Of a stretch of 64,000 nt of DNA, positions 28,995 to 44,400 are shown in pieces. The notes beneath the pieces are model-generated. The model worked only from the letters and a program-made list of their open reading frames with translations, did not search any database and was not told the origin of the DNA. Each line of letters starts with the position of its first letter. Position 1 is the first letter of the stretch. A program made the translations under genes and the position numbers. Origin of the DNA: an uncultured Acidobacteriota bacterium. Lineage in GTDB: Bacteria; Acidobacteriota; Thermoanaerobaculia; Multivoradales; UBA5704. Location of the stretch: positions 832,001-896,000 of the forward strand of contig CAVYRF010000002.1 in assembly GCA_963770895.1 (NCBI GenBank), read 5' to 3'.

Positions 28995-31604
28995 TTGTCA
29001 GTCGTGGAAGAAAGCGTCACATCTTCTGCTTCGCGCAAAGGCGGATTCAACGATGATCTCGCCGGACGGCTCACCGAAGCGATAGTCGGGCTGATCGCGG
29101 ATCAACAGCTGCGCGATCTACCGCAATTCCTCGACGAGCTGGCTGGAATTGTTGTCAATCTACCCGGTGCGGCGCTGGCACAAGTGATCGCGTTTGACCA
29201 AGATGGCGACTTCGTCGCCGCGGGCATATGCGGAGCGGCGGATGAGCGCGAATTCACCGCCTGGACGCAGATGCGGAGTCAGGCGGAGGCTCTCGCTCGG
29301 TCTTCCATGGACGCATGGGTGGCGAGCGAGCCGGAGGGATTCGGGTTTCCGGCTCCGAGCCGATTATGGGTGTTGCGTTTACAGCGTGGTGTTGAGCACC
29401 CCCCCCAAGGGCTGCTCGTTATCCTGCTCCCTGCCACGGCAGGGTCCAGCCCAACCCTCACGACCCTTGCAGGGAACGCACACCTGCTTGCTGCGGCAGT
29501 TCAAGCCGGAATCCGCGCGGCGGCCTGGCGGCGGATCGAGCAGCTGCAACAGCTCGCACGCCGTACCATCAACCGCACGCAACCGGATCTCTTCAAGATG
29601 GTCACGGACCTAGCGGAGATCTTCAGAGCCAACGCGGCAACCCTCCTGCTCTGGGAGCACGGAAAACTACGACTGGCCGCCAGCACCGACTTCGAGCTCG
29701 GACGCGACACGCATGTGACCTACGACAGCGGAGAAGGATTGACGGGGCATGTCCACGCCATGGGTAGGAGCTTGCGTTTGCGGGACAGCGGAGATCCAGC
29801 GGAGATCCACAGCGTCACCTCACTGAAGCGCCTTCACCCTGTTCATCCCGAAAGAGACCGCGAAGGATTGATCGTAGGACCCTTTCTCGGCGTGCCATTG
29901 GCCTTTGCCGGTACGGTTGTCGGCGTGCTGCGCCTCTCGCGCCGCAGCGGCACCGTGCGCTTTGCCCCTGAAGATGAGGCAGCACTTTCGTTTTTCGCTG
30001 AACTTTTGGGAGCAGTACTCGCTCCCGCCTGGGACCTCCTACTTAAACGCAGCATCCTCGCGTCAATGACCGAAGCTATCGCAGTGTCGCGCCGCGAACA
30101 TCTGAATGACGGCAGCGCCGCCTCGCGAATCGTGATGGCCAACGCAGGGACCGCGAAGCTGCTCGCTTGCGAGAGCCTGGTAGGGCGGGAGGCGTCATCG
30201 ATCTACGCACCGGAGGCGTACGCTGCGATCAAGGATTGCCTAACCGCCGCTCTGGCGGAGGGGCGGACGGAGGCCGGCCCGGTCGCGTCGTACATGCTGC
30301 GAGCGGACGGTGCGACCATACCCGTTTCCATTTCCTACCGCTTCCTGACCAACTCCCTGGTGGAGCCTCCCTCTCTCTACACCATCGGCTTGGCGCGAGA
30401 CATGTCCGAGGTGGAGCGACAGGCCGATCGTCACCAGCGGCTGCTGGACCTGCTGGAGGTGACGCAGATAGCGTATTTCAGAACCGACGCGGCGGGCCAC
30501 ACCGTGGAATCGACCCCGGTGGAGGCAGCGATCACTGGCTATTCGCGCGAGGAACTGCGCAGCCAGTCGCGAGACATCCTTTACCCGCACTCCAACGAGC
30601 GCGATCGATTGCTTCGCGAAATGGAGCAGCATGGAGACTGGTTGACGGGGTGGCTGATGCAGCTGCGGCGCAAGGACGGAAACCTCTTCTGGGCTGCATG
30701 CGATGTGCGGATCCTGCGTGACGCCAAGGGCAGCAAAGTTGGCACTGAAGGACTGTACCGTGATGTCACCGATCGTATCGAGCTGCAGCGCTTTCTCAAC
30801 GAGGACGAAGATAGACTTCTCCCCGACCAAGAGCTGCTCGCGGCGCTGCGACGCGAGTCGCAGTTCCACATGGATTACGTGAGCAGCGTCGGGCATCAGA
30901 TGCAAGCGCCGCTGGCCGCCTTGGTCGAGACGCTGCGAAATTTCGAGCAAGGCGTCATTGGCGCCGAGCGGCTCGCGGAGCGTCTGCCGTACGTCATCGG
31001 CCAGGTAGGCGTTTGCGCCCGGCTGGTGCGCAACTTCTCCTACATGAAGAATATTCTGGCCGGCGCCGAGTTTGAGCTTACGCCAGTTCCGTTGGCTCGC
31101 TTGGCGGTTGAAACGCGCAGCGACTTCAGCCACCTGCTTAGGCAACGCCACCTCCAACTGGAGATCGACGAGGACAGTCTCAGGCGGCACCTCGTCGTCT
31201 CAGGGCATCGCGAGCTGCTTCGGCAGGTCTTCGTCAACCTGATCGACAATGCCATCAAGTACTCCTATCCTCACAGCGACATTACGATACGGGCAAGAGA
31301 ATGGCCAGACGGACCAGCGTTGGAGGTCAGCAATAGAGGCCTCGCAATCCCTGAGCAGGACCGGAGTCGGCTCTTCAAGCGCGGCTTCCGCTCACTCAAG
31401 GCAAAGGCCATCGTGCCTCATGGGACTGGTCTCGGCTTGTGGCTGGTGCGCAGAATTGTCGAAGCCCACGGGGCTAAGATCGCATTTGCCGAGGTGATCG
31501 AGGGAGGGCAGCGGCGCAACCTTTTCCGAATCACATTTATGCGCAGTCGGCGCGCCAGGGGAGGACACCGTGCCCAATGGTCCAAGCGTTCTGCTGGTCG
31601 ATGA
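28995..31604 (+). CDS. Cytoplasmic GAF/PAS sensor histidine kinase (start uncertain)
   Basis: GAF (GEGLTGHV, FLGVPL...VGVL), two PAS-like regions, H box GHQMQAPL, N box QVFVNLIDNAIKY, G2 box GTGLGL. Confidence 0.85.
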   Translation: MSVVEESVTSSASRKGGFNDDLAGRLTEAIVGLIADQQLRDLPQFLDELAGIVVNLPGAALAQVIAFDQDGDFVAAGICGAADEREFTAWTQMRSQAEALARSSMDAWVASEPEGFGFPAPSRLWVLRLQRGVEHPPQGLLVILLPATAGSSPTLTTLAGNAHLLAAAVQAGIRAAAWRRIEQLQQLARRTINRTQPDLFKMVTDLAEIFRANAATLLLWEHGKLRLAASTDFELGRDTHVTYDSGEGLTGHVHAMGRSLRLRDSGDPAEIHSVTSLKRLHPVHPERDREGLIVGPFLGVPLAFAGTVVGVLRLSRRSGTVRFAPEDEAALSFFAELLGAVLAPAWDLLLKRSILASMTEAIAVSRREHLNDGSAASRIVMANAGTAKLLACESLVGREASSIYAPEAYAAIKDCLTAALAEGRTEAGPVASYMLRADGATIPVSISYRFLTNSLVEPPSLYTIGLARDMSEVERQADRHQRLLDLLEVTQIAYFRTDAAGHTVESTPVEAAITGYSREELRSQSRDILYPHSNERDRLLREMEQHGDWLTGWLMQLRRKDGNLFWAACDVRILRDAKGSKVGTEGLYRDVTDRIELQRFLNEDEDRLLPDQELLAALRRESQFHMDYVSSVGHQMQAPLAALVETLRNFEQGVIGAERLAERLPYVIGQVGVCARLVRNFSYMKNILAGAEFELTPVPLARLAVETRSDFSHLLRQRHLQLEIDEDSLRRHLVVSGHRELLRQVFVNLIDNAIKYSYPHSDITIRAREWPDGPALEVSNRGLAIPEQDRSRLFKRGFRSLKAKAIVPHGTGLGLWLVRRIVEAHGAKIAFAEVIEGGQRRNLFRITFMRSRRARGGHRAQWSKRSAGR

Positions 31605-32046
31605 CAACGTCGGCGACCTGCAAGGGCTGATTGATCTGATCAACTACCTTGGCTACGACGTGGAACTGGCGACCGACGAGGAGATGGCGCGCGACCTGCT
31701 GAAGGCGGTTCGCGACGGGGGCAGATCCTACATCCTGGCGCTGATCGACGTCATGGTAGCGATCCGCGATATCAGCCGCCTGGACCGGGACCCCGAAGGT
31801 TTCTGGGATGAATCCAACGACACTGGGATTCGGCTATGCACCTACGCCCGCCGCGAGCTGAAGCTGAGCGCCGAGCAGCTCCCGATCGCTTGCATCACCG
31901 CGCGCGAGGACGATGCGGTCCGCCAAGCCATGGAAGAGCTGGGCATCGAGCTCTATCCACGCACCGCGGACTCCAACCGGTCGCTGAGGGATTTCCTGAT
32001 GCAGCACCTGCCGCGTCTCTCCCCGCCTGCCCGCACTCCCGAATAG
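31570..32046 (+). CDS. Single-domain response regulator
   Basis: LLVDDN, LIDVMV and CITAR motifs. Confidence 0.82.
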   Translation: MPNGPSVLLVDDNVGDLQGLIDLINYLGYDVELATDEEMARDLLKAVRDGGRSYILALIDVMVAIRDISRLDRDPEGFWDESNDTGIRLCTYARRELKLSAEQLPIACITAREDDAVRQAMEELGIELYPRTADSNRSLRDFLMQHLPRLSPPARTPE

Positions 32047-32089
32047 CTTCCCGACGGCCTCCTGCGCACGGCGGCCGCTGGCCGTCGCC

Positions 32090-32884
32090 TCAGTCCCAGA
32101 GATCCAGGGGGCGAGGTTCCAGGATGAGGCCGTGGGTGTGGGCGCGGCGGTAGAACTCTTCGAGGCCGGCCAGCTCTTCCTGGCGGAGGAAGAAGTGGAG
32201 GCTTTCGGTGAGGTAGGAGCGGACCTCGGCGGAGTCGAGGTTGAGCTCGGCGGCGGATTCGCGGACCAGGGTGTCCAGGGAGGAGAGGCCGTAGCGCAGG
32301 CTGCTTTTGAAGTAGAAGGAGAGGTCGGGCAGGTCGACTTCGGGGCGGACGGCCCAGACGGCGAAGGTGAAGGGCAGACCGGTCAGGGCGTGCCATTCGG
32401 CGGCGAGGTCGTGGATCTGGTAGCGCTCGCGGTCGACGCGCAGCGCGGGGTCGCCGATGAGCAGGGCGGCGTCGGCGGTGGCCAGCATGCGTTCGGGGTC
32501 GGGGTGCTCGTGGGTGTATTCGGGGTCCACGCCGAAGCGCTCGCGCAGCAGGATGCGCAGCAGGGCCGCCGAAGTACGGCTGTTTTGATCCAGGGCGACC
32601 TTGCGGATTTGATCGGGCGGGCAGCGCGACACCATGAGCACGCTGCGCACCTCGTGATGGGCGGCGACGCAGAGATCGGCCAGCACCTTGAGCTGCGGGA
32701 TGCGCTGCACCTCGATCGACGGGATCAGACCGATATCGAGATTGCCCTGTCCGAGCAGGCGCGCCACCACGGAGGGCGGATGGTAGCTGGGAGCGAACAG
32801 GTCCGCGTGGTGCCCCTTGAGGAAGCCCCAGGCCAGCGGCTTGGCGTTCAGAAAGTTGACGATGCCGACTCGCAGCTTGGGCAA
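32090..32884 (-). CDS. mqnA: Chorismate dehydratase (futalosine pathway)
   Basis: FLNAKPL, VRSVL, SRTS, LIGD, TGLPFTFAVW. Confidence 0.9.
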   Translation of the reverse strand: MPKLRVGIVNFLNAKPLAWGFLKGHHADLFAPSYHPPSVVARLLGQGNLDIGLIPSIEVQRIPQLKVLADLCVAAHHEVRSVLMVSRCPPDQIRKVALDQNSRTSAALLRILLRERFGVDPEYTHEHPDPERMLATADAALLIGDPALRVDRERYQIHDLAAEWHALTGLPFTFAVWAVRPEVDLPDLSFYFKSSLRYGLSSLDTLVRESAAELNLDSAEVRSYLTESLHFFLRQEELAGLEEFYRRAHTHGLILEPRPLDLWD

Positions 32885-32892
32885 GGTGACCC

Positions 32893-34191
<1,299 letters not shown>

Positions 34192-34205
34192 GGTGCTCCT
34201 TTTTC

Positions 34206-34811
34206 TTATTCCTTATTCCCTGCACTCGCCGCAAGGTGGAGGTCGATGACACCCCACAGCTCTTTCATCCCTTCTCCCGAGTGCGCCGAGACGGGGATCA
34301 AGGGGACTTCCTCGCCGAGGCCCAACGCCTTGCCGATACCCGCCAACGCGGCGGTGCGCCGGCTGCGCCCGACGCGATCGATCTTGGTGGCCGCGATCGC
34401 CGTGCGCACCCCCAAATGCGCCAGGTATTGAAAGGCTTGCTGATCGAGGACCGTCGCGCCGACGTAGCCATCCACCAGCATCACCATCAACACCCTGGGT
34501 GTCGCTCGCTGCAAATACTCATTGACCACCTCTGCCCACTCACGCCGCTCCGTCTTGGCAGCGCGCGCATATCCGTATCCCGGCAGGTCGAGGAACCAGC
34601 AGCGGCCGTTGATGAGAAAAAGGTTGACGGCGCGCGTGCGACCCGGAGTGCCACCGACCCTGGCCAGGCCCTTCTGCCCCAGGATGCGGTTCATCAGGCT
34701 CGATTTGCCTACGTTCGAACGGCCGGCGAATGCAACCTCCGGGCGCCCGTCACGCGGGAAATCTCCGCTCCGATGAGCGGACCGAACGAACTCCGCAGTC
34801 TCGACCTTCAC
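34206..34811 (-). CDS. engB: Ribosome biogenesis GTPase YihA/EngB
   Basis: [21 protein letters not shown]. Confidence 0.95.
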   Translation of the reverse strand: MKVETAEFVRSAHRSGDFPRDGRPEVAFAGRSNVGKSSLMNRILGQKGLARVGGTPGRTRAVNLFLINGRCWFLDLPGYGYARAAKTERREWAEVVNEYLQRATPRVLMVMLVDGYVGATVLDQQAFQYLAHLGVRTAIAATKIDRVGRSRRTAALAGIGKALGLGEEVPLIPVSAHSGEGMKELWGVIDLHLAASAGNKE

Positions 34812-34928
34812 GGGCTCTTCGTGAGGCGGTACACGCCCGCCTCCATCGCAATTTTCAATCTGATTTGCCTCGAGGACCGCACCGGCCGCGAAGACCGGCG
34901 CGGGGGAAACCCCCGCGGCGACGCCAGG

Positions 34929-37346
<2,418 letters not shown>

Positions 37347-37389
37347 AGATGGAAGACTCTCTGCAGCTCCTGGAGCTTGCCAGCCGCGG

Positions 37390-38628
<1,239 letters not shown>

Positions 38629-38834
38629 CTCTCCTCCGTTGCACGCCGGGACGGTAGGGCCAGGGAATAGTCTTGATGCTAGGAGCGACTGGAACCCCTG
38701 TCAACTAGCCTCCGCCTGTAGAACAGGGTGCCGGCGCGCGGCTATTCCGCTCACCGCCCGCCGCCGCGACGGTTGACAGCGCCGGGACCGAGGGTCGACC
38801 GGCGCCGCCCGACAGCCACAATGGCTCCGCCGCC

Positions 38835-39530
38835 TCACCGGCCGCCCCCACCCATCGCGCCGGCGGCACCGGCCGCGGGCGACGGCGACGGACCGGACGA
38901 ACCGCCATGCCCCCCCGCCGGACCGCCAACCGGCGACGGGCCGGTGGGACCGCGCCGCTGCATCACCCGGTCGGCCAGGCCGTAGGCCAGCGCTTCCGGC
39001 GCCGCCAGGATGCGGTCGCGCTCGGTATCGTTGTGGACCTCTTCCTTGGTCTTGCCGGTATGGAAGGCCAGGATCTCGTCCATCTTGTCGCGCATGATGA
39101 ACATGTCCTTGGCGTGGATCTCGATGTCGCTCTGCTGCCCCTGCAGACCGGACAGCCACGGCTGGTGGATGAGGATACGGCTGTTGGGCAGCAGGATGCG
39201 CTTGCCCTTGGTGCCAGCCGCCATCAGCACCGCCGCCATCGAAGCGGCCTGACCGACGCAGTAGGTCGAGACGTCAGGCTTGATGTACTGCATGGTGTCG
39301 TAGATCGCCAGACCGGAGCTGATCGAGCCGCCGGGGGAGTTGATGTACAGAGAGATGTCCTTTTCGGGGTTTTCCGCTTCCAAAAAGAGCATCTGGGCGA
39401 TGATCAGGCTGGCCACGTCGTCGTCGATCGTGCGCCCCAGGAAGATGATGTTGTCCCGCAGCAGGCGCGAATAAATGTCATAGGCGCGCTCGCCGCGGCT
39501 GGTCTGCTCTACTACCATCGGGATCAGCAT
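38835..39530 (-). CDS. clpP: ClpP protease subunit
   Basis: [22 protein letters not shown]. Confidence 0.97.
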   Translation of the reverse strand: MLIPMVVEQTSRGERAYDIYSRLLRDNIIFLGRTIDDDVASLIIAQMLFLEAENPEKDISLYINSPGGSISSGLAIYDTMQYIKPDVSTYCVGQAASMAAVLMAAGTKGKRILLPNSRILIHQPWLSGLQGQQSDIEIHAKDMFIMRDKMDEILAFHTGKTKEEVHNDTERDRILAAPEALAYGLADRVMQRRGPTGPSPVGGPAGGHGGSSGPSPSPAAGAAGAMGGGGR

Positions 39531-39545
39531 GCTGTTTTCGCTCTC

Positions 39546-41048
39546 CTAAACCGTATCCGGGGCGGCGGTACCCGGCTCGCCGGCGTCGGCTCCATGGGGG
39601 CCATGGCCGCCATGGGCATGGACACCTGCCGCGGCAGCCTCATCCCCGGCCTGACCGGCAGCCGGCAGCTCGCCCAGCAGGTGCCGCGTCGTCTTGTCGC
39701 GCCGCATCTGGTTGCGCAGCGATTCGAGCCTGCCGTCTTCGTCGAGGGCGCGGCGCAAAGCCGGCGTCGTCGTCTGTTGCGCGCGCGCCAGGGTCGCCAG
39801 GGCGCGCTCGAACTCTTCGTCGGTGACCGCCACCCCTTCGGCCGCGGCCACCGCATCCAGCAACAACCGGTCGTGCACGCGCTGCTCGGCCAGCGGGCGG
39901 ATCTGCTGGCGGATCTCCTGCCAGTCGACACCCGCCTGCTCGGCGCGCAGGCCGCGCCGGGTCAGATTGTCGGCGTAGTCGCGAGCCATGTGCTCGATCT
40001 CGTGCTCCACGACGCCCTGCGGCAGCTCCAGCGGATGGCGCTCCCGCAGCTGTTGGAGCAACGTCGCCCGCCGGTGGTCGTTGCGCTCCTGGGTCCGCCC
40101 TTCGCGCAGGCGTTGCACCACCAGGTCGCGCAACGCCGACAGACCACCCAGCTCGGGGTTGACCCGCGCCGCCAGATCGTCGTCGAGAGCCGGCAGCTCA
40201 CGCTGCTTGACCGCGTCCACTTTCACCTTGAAACGCCGGCGACGCGCCGGGGTTGCAACGGCCGCAACGTCGGCCGCGTCCGCGGCGTCCGCGCCGGCGG
40301 CGGGCGCGGCGGGGGCCGTCACCTCTCCGGGCGCGGGCTCGTGCACGAAGGTGGTCTCCTGACCGGCCTCGACGCCGGTGACGGCCAGGGACAGGTCCTC
40401 CCACACGCGCGCATCGCCGACTTCGAACTCGACAGGCTGCGGCGCCGGGGCCGCCGCCTTGGAGTCGGTGGCATCGGCGGAGTCGGTGGCGGTGCCGGCA
40501 GCTGCGGCGCCCGCCGCGTCGTCGGGCAGCTCGGTGATCTGGGTGTGCACCAGGTCGCCACGCGCCGCCGCCCGCGTCACCGGCACCCATTCGCCGAAGC
40601 GCATCCGCAGGTCGTCCAGCGCCTTTTCCACGTCCATCTCCCCCGGCTCGACGTCGGGGTTGGGGATGTTGAAGTCGTGCACGTTGCGCAGCTCGATGCG
40701 CGGCCGCGTTTCGACGGTGGCGACGAAGGTGAGCGGGCCGCCGGATTCGACGTCGCGCACTTCGTCCACTTCGGGCGGCATCAGCGGATCGAGCTCGGCT
40801 TCAGCCTGAGCCTGGCGCCAATAGCGCGGCAGCAACCGATCCACCACTTCGTGCTCGATCTCCTTGGCGAAGCGGCGGCGCACCAGATCCGACGGCACCT
40901 TGCCGCGCCGGAAGCCGGGCACCCGCACGCGCTGCGCGTATTCGCGCACCACCCGCTGGGTCTCCGCTTCGACGGCAGGCGCCGGAACCTCCACCGTGAC
41001 CTGTTTGCGCCACGGCCCTACGTCTTGCACTGCTACCACCACGCTCAT
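39546..41048 (-). CDS. tig: Trigger factor
   Basis: PGFRRGKVP ribosome-binding motif; position upstream of clpP. Confidence 0.92.
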   Translation of the reverse strand: MSVVVAVQDVGPWRKQVTVEVPAPAVEAETQRVVREYAQRVRVPGFRRGKVPSDLVRRRFAKEIEHEVVDRLLPRYWRQAQAEAELDPLMPPEVDEVRDVESGGPLTFVATVETRPRIELRNVHDFNIPNPDVEPGEMDVEKALDDLRMRFGEWVPVTRAAARGDLVHTQITELPDDAAGAAAAGTATDSADATDSKAAAPAPQPVEFEVGDARVWEDLSLAVTGVEAGQETTFVHEPAPGEVTAPAAPAAGADAADAADVAAVATPARRRRFKVKVDAVKQRELPALDDDLAARVNPELGGLSALRDLVVQRLREGRTQERNDHRRATLLQQLRERHPLELPQGVVEHEIEHMARDYADNLTRRGLRAEQAGVDWQEIRQQIRPLAEQRVHDRLLLDAVAAAEGVAVTDEEFERALATLARAQQTTTPALRRALDEDGRLESLRNQMRRDKTTRHLLGELPAAGQAGDEAAAAGVHAHGGHGPHGADAGEPGTAAPDTV

Positions 41049-41070
41049 GCGCCGTCCTTACCCCCTGAGT

Positions 41071-41159
41071 TGGTGCGAAAGGGGGGACTCGAACCCCCAA
41101 CCCGATCTCTCGGGACTAGATCCTAAGTCTAGCGCGTATACCAGTTCCGCCACTTTCGC
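41071..41159 (-). tRNA. tRNA-Leu (anticodon TAG)
   Basis: GCGAAAG acceptor stem, CTAGA-CTTAGGA-TCTAG anticodon arm, long variable arm, TTCGAGT, CCA end. Confidence 0.96.
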
Positions 41160-41238
41160 AGTGAGATCCTCCTGGAGGATACAGCGGAGGATGAAGAATC
41201 TAGGCTGTAGGGTGTTGGAGTCTCGGAGTTGAAAAGAG

Positions 41239-41314
41239 TGGTGAGCCGCCTAGGAATCGAACCTAGAACCCGCAGATTAAGAGTCTGCTGCTCTGCCAAT
41301 TGAGCTAGCGGCCC
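41239..41314 (-). tRNA. tRNA-Lys (anticodon CTT)
   Basis: 76 nt; GCAGA-CTCTTAA-TCTGC anticodon arm, TTCGATT, CCA end. Confidence 0.96.
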
Positions 41315-41437
41315 TGTATCGCGCCGATCATACTGAATCGGCCGGGGGGCTGACAACTGACGACAACCTCCTGTTCCCTGCAGTGCATTCCCGATCGTCC
41401 AGCGCGCCGCACCCGCCGGTGCCCCCGCGCCGGCCCT

Positions 41438-41731
41438 TCACACCGAACCACCCTGCACAAAATGCACCACCTCGATGCGGTCGCCGGCGGCGAGCCGCGT
41501 CGCGGCATATTCGGCGCGCGGCAGCAGATCGCCGTTGCGCTCGACGGCCACCGTCCGCGGGTCGCGCCCCAGCTGGGCGATCAGGTCGCCGACGGTCGCG
41601 CCCACGGCGACCTGGTGCGGCTCGCCGTTGAGCGTCAGACCCAGCCGCTGGGTGTCGGCGCCGCCGGAAGCGGGGGCAGTGCCGGCGGGGGCGGCAGCGG
41701 CGGAGGGCGGGGGCGGTTGCGACGGAGCCAT
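41438..41731 (-). CDS. thiS: Sulfur carrier protein ThiS-like
   Basis: LNGE...VAVERNG...[13 protein letters not shown] followed by SV. Confidence 0.85.
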   Translation of the reverse strand: MAPSQPPPPSAAAAPAGTAPASGGADTQRLGLTLNGEPHQVAVGATVGDLIAQLGRDPRTVAVERNGDLLPRAEYAATRLAAGDRIEVVHFVQGGSV

Positions 41732-42543
41732 CACAAAAGGTGCTTCAGCTCGGCGCGGCCGATGCCGCTGATGGCGCTGATGATGAGCGCGGCGGTGCCG
41801 CGATCCAGCGACGGGATCTCGAAACGCAGCGGCAGACCGCCCAATTCGTCGGTTTTCCCGACCGCCAGCACGCGCGGTTCGGCGATCGTCGAGATCATGC
41901 GCACCGACACCTGGGCGCCGGCGACCGGCAGGCCGCTCTTGCTCGAGCTGGTGCGCAGCGCCAGGCTGGCCCGGCGCCCGAGCGCCAGGTCCGATTCCCC
42001 CTCCAACACCAGCACCAGCTGTTCCTGGTCGGCTTCGTTGGTGAGGTATTCCAGGATCACCTGGTCCAGGGTGCGCTCGCCGCCCATCGGCTTGGCGGCG
42101 GCGGGCGCCGCAACGGCCGGCGGCGACGGCGCCAGCGGCAGCGCGGTAGACGGCGGCGCGGCAGCCGGTGCCGCGGACGGCGACGCGGCGACGACGACGG
42201 GTTGCAGCGCGGGTGTCGGCGCTCGGAGCGGCACCGCCGACAGCACCGGCATCGCCGAGGTCTTGGACGGCTTGACGGCCATCGCCGCGATGCGGCTGTC
42301 GAATTTGCCGTGGCGGATGGCGGCGATCATGGTGCGGTGCTGGTGGTCCATGAACGCGATGATCTCTCTTTCGTCGCGCCCCGCGGCCAGCAGCTCGGCG
42401 TAGCTGGCCCGCTTCGTCGCCAGCACCTGGCCGCCCACGTAGATCATGCTTTCGATGAAAGGGTTGGCGGCGCCCTTGTCCTCGGTCTGGACATGGAAGA
42501 CCACTTCGCCGTGGCGGACGTCGGTGTTGTAACCGGTGATCAT
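41731..42543 (-). CDS. Conserved hypothetical protein
   Basis: [25 protein letters not shown]-domain, Ala/Pro linker, beta-rich C-domain; stop overlaps the thiS start. Confidence 0.7.
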   Translation of the reverse strand: MITGYNTDVRHGEVVFHVQTEDKGAANPFIESMIYVGGQVLATKRASYAELLAAGRDEREIIAFMDHQHRTMIAAIRHGKFDSRIAAMAVKPSKTSAMPVLSAVPLRAPTPALQPVVVAASPSAAPAAAPPSTALPLAPSPPAVAAPAAAKPMGGERTLDQVILEYLTNEADQEQLVLVLEGESDLALGRRASLALRTSSSKSGLPVAGAQVSVRMISTIAEPRVLAVGKTDELGGLPLRFEIPSLDRGTAALIISAISGIGRAELKHLL

Positions 42544-42755
42544 CGGCGGCGGCGCAGAGGGCGGCGGCAACCTTGACGTTTTTGGGCTCGGCTGATTCTA
42601 GGAAGAGCCCGGTGCGGAAGCAAGGATTATACGGAAAAGGCGGCGGAACCGCTGGAAAGCCGGCCAGACAGCCGGCGGACGGCCCCTTCGCCGCCATCCC
42701 GGGCCTCGCCGGCCGCTCTCCTACCGTCGCCGGCCGCCGGGGCGTACAATGGGGA

Positions 42756-42860
42756 CGGCCCACCGAGCCCGTCCCACCCTCACCGGCCAGCGGCGGGGGG
42801 CCGGGCCGACAGGGTGCTGCGGGAAACCGGAGCGCCTCCCGTGCTTGGAAAGGCGGGCCG
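42756..42860 (+). ncRNA. Moco-riboswitch-like leader
   Basis: CCGAGC...AGGGTG...GGAAAC...GCCTCCCGT...TGGAAAGG elements, P1 CGGCCCACC/GGCGGGCCG, TACAAT -10 at 42745, upstream of moaA. Confidence 0.75.
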
Positions 42861-42918
42861 CGCCAGGAACCTTCCTGGCGGGGTGGTCGTGTTCGTGGCG
42901 GTGCGGCCCCAGGAGACC

Positions 42919-44124
42919 ATGAGCCCCACCGGCACCGCGCCGCATCCCACCCGCATCCGCCTGCCGATCCTCGCGGAACCGGGCTCGACCTCGCCGCAGA
43001 CCGTGCCGCCACCGCGCGGTCCTGCCGGGCGGCGTGCGGCATCCCCCGCGCTGGGGCCGATGTTCGCGGCAACCCCGGCGGGCGCGGCCGCGGCGCCGCA
43101 GCGGGCCGCGCCCGCGCCGGCGCCCGCCACCAGTCTCGTCGACGGTTTTGGCCGCCGTCTCACCTACCTGCGGGTATCGGTGACCGACCGCTGCAACCTG
43201 CGCTGCCTGTATTGCCTGCCCGACGACGCCGCCTTGCCGTTCGGGGAACGCGACTTCCTGAACCCCGACCAGATCGTGGCCATCGTCGGCGCCCTGGTGC
43301 GGCTGGGCATCCGGCGGGTCCGCCTCACCGGCGGCGAACCTCTGGTGCGCAAGGACATCCTGGACATCGCCCGCCGCATCAAGGCGCTGCCCGGCGTCGA
43401 CGACCTGGCCCTGTCCACCAACGGCACCGAGCTGGCGCGGCTGGCAGGTCCGCTGCGCGCCGCGGGCGTCGACCGGGTCAACATCAGCCTGGACAGCCTG
43501 GACGCCGAACGCTTCCACGCCATCACCCAGCGCGGCGACCTGGCGGCGGTCTGGGAGGGCGTCCAGGCGGCGCTCGCGGTCGGCTTTTCGCCGGTCAAGC
43601 TCAACGCCGTGCTGCTCGCGCGGCAAAACCTCGACGACGTCGACAGCCTGGTCCAGCTCACCCTGGAGCAGCCGCTCTCGGTGCGCTTCATCGAGATGAT
43701 GCCGACCGCCAGCAACCGCGCCCTGCAGCCCGCGGAATTCGTCTCCGCCGCCACGGTGCACGACCACATCAGCCAGCGCTTCGGCCCGTTGCTGCCGGTG
43801 GACCCCGCCGCCGGCGCCGCGCGCACCGGCCCGGCCCGCGCCTATCGCCTGGCGGGCGCGGCGGGAGAAGTGGGCTTCATCACGCCGCTTTCGCACACCT
43901 TCTGCGCCGACTGCAACCGGCTGCGCCTGACCGCCCGCGGCGAGCTGCGGCTGTGCCTGTTCGCCGACCAGGTTCACCCCCTGCGCCAGCTGCTCGACGC
44001 CGCCGATCCCGGCCCGGCCCTCGAAGCCGAGATCCTGCGCGTCGTGCAGGAAAAGCCCGCCGAGCACCTGCTGGCGCAGAGCAACTACGGCAACCTGCGC
44101 AGCTTCATGGAAATCGGCGGCTGA
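42919..44124 (+). CDS. moaA: GTP 3',8-cyclase
   Basis: [31 protein letters not shown]-terminal IGG. Confidence 0.95.
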   Translation: MSPTGTAPHPTRIRLPILAEPGSTSPQTVPPPRGPAGRRAASPALGPMFAATPAGAAAAPQRAAPAPAPATSLVDGFGRRLTYLRVSVTDRCNLRCLYCLPDDAALPFGERDFLNPDQIVAIVGALVRLGIRRVRLTGGEPLVRKDILDIARRIKALPGVDDLALSTNGTELARLAGPLRAAGVDRVNISLDSLDAERFHAITQRGDLAAVWEGVQAALAVGFSPVKLNAVLLARQNLDDVDSLVQLTLEQPLSVRFIEMMPTASNRALQPAEFVSAATVHDHISQRFGPLLPVDPAAGAARTGPARAYRLAGAAGEVGFITPLSHTFCADCNRLRLTARGELRLCLFADQVHPLRQLLDAADPGPALEAEILRVVQEKPAEHLLAQSNYGNLRSFMEIGG

Positions 44125-44400
44125 CCCGCCGCTGTTATCCATTGCAGCTCCCCAGCCGGCGCGGCGGGCCCACCGGGTTCATCCGGGCCGCCGCCAGGCA
44201 GCGGGACAGGGTGGCGTCGCCGCTCCACGGATCAGGACGGCGCCGGCGGTGGACGCCTTTTTGACGGCGTGCGACAATGCCGTGTTCCGGCCGGCTGACG
44301 CTGCCGGGCGGGACACTAATGCTGAATTCAGAGCTCGAACCCGGGCAGGCGCCCGGGTTTCTGCACCATCTCTCATCCTGGCAATACGAGGAGACTACGA

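Noticed and set aside
41071-41314. tRNA genes as integration sites
   Set aside because: No integrase and no duplicated tRNA 3' end was seen; the flanks are housekeeping genes.
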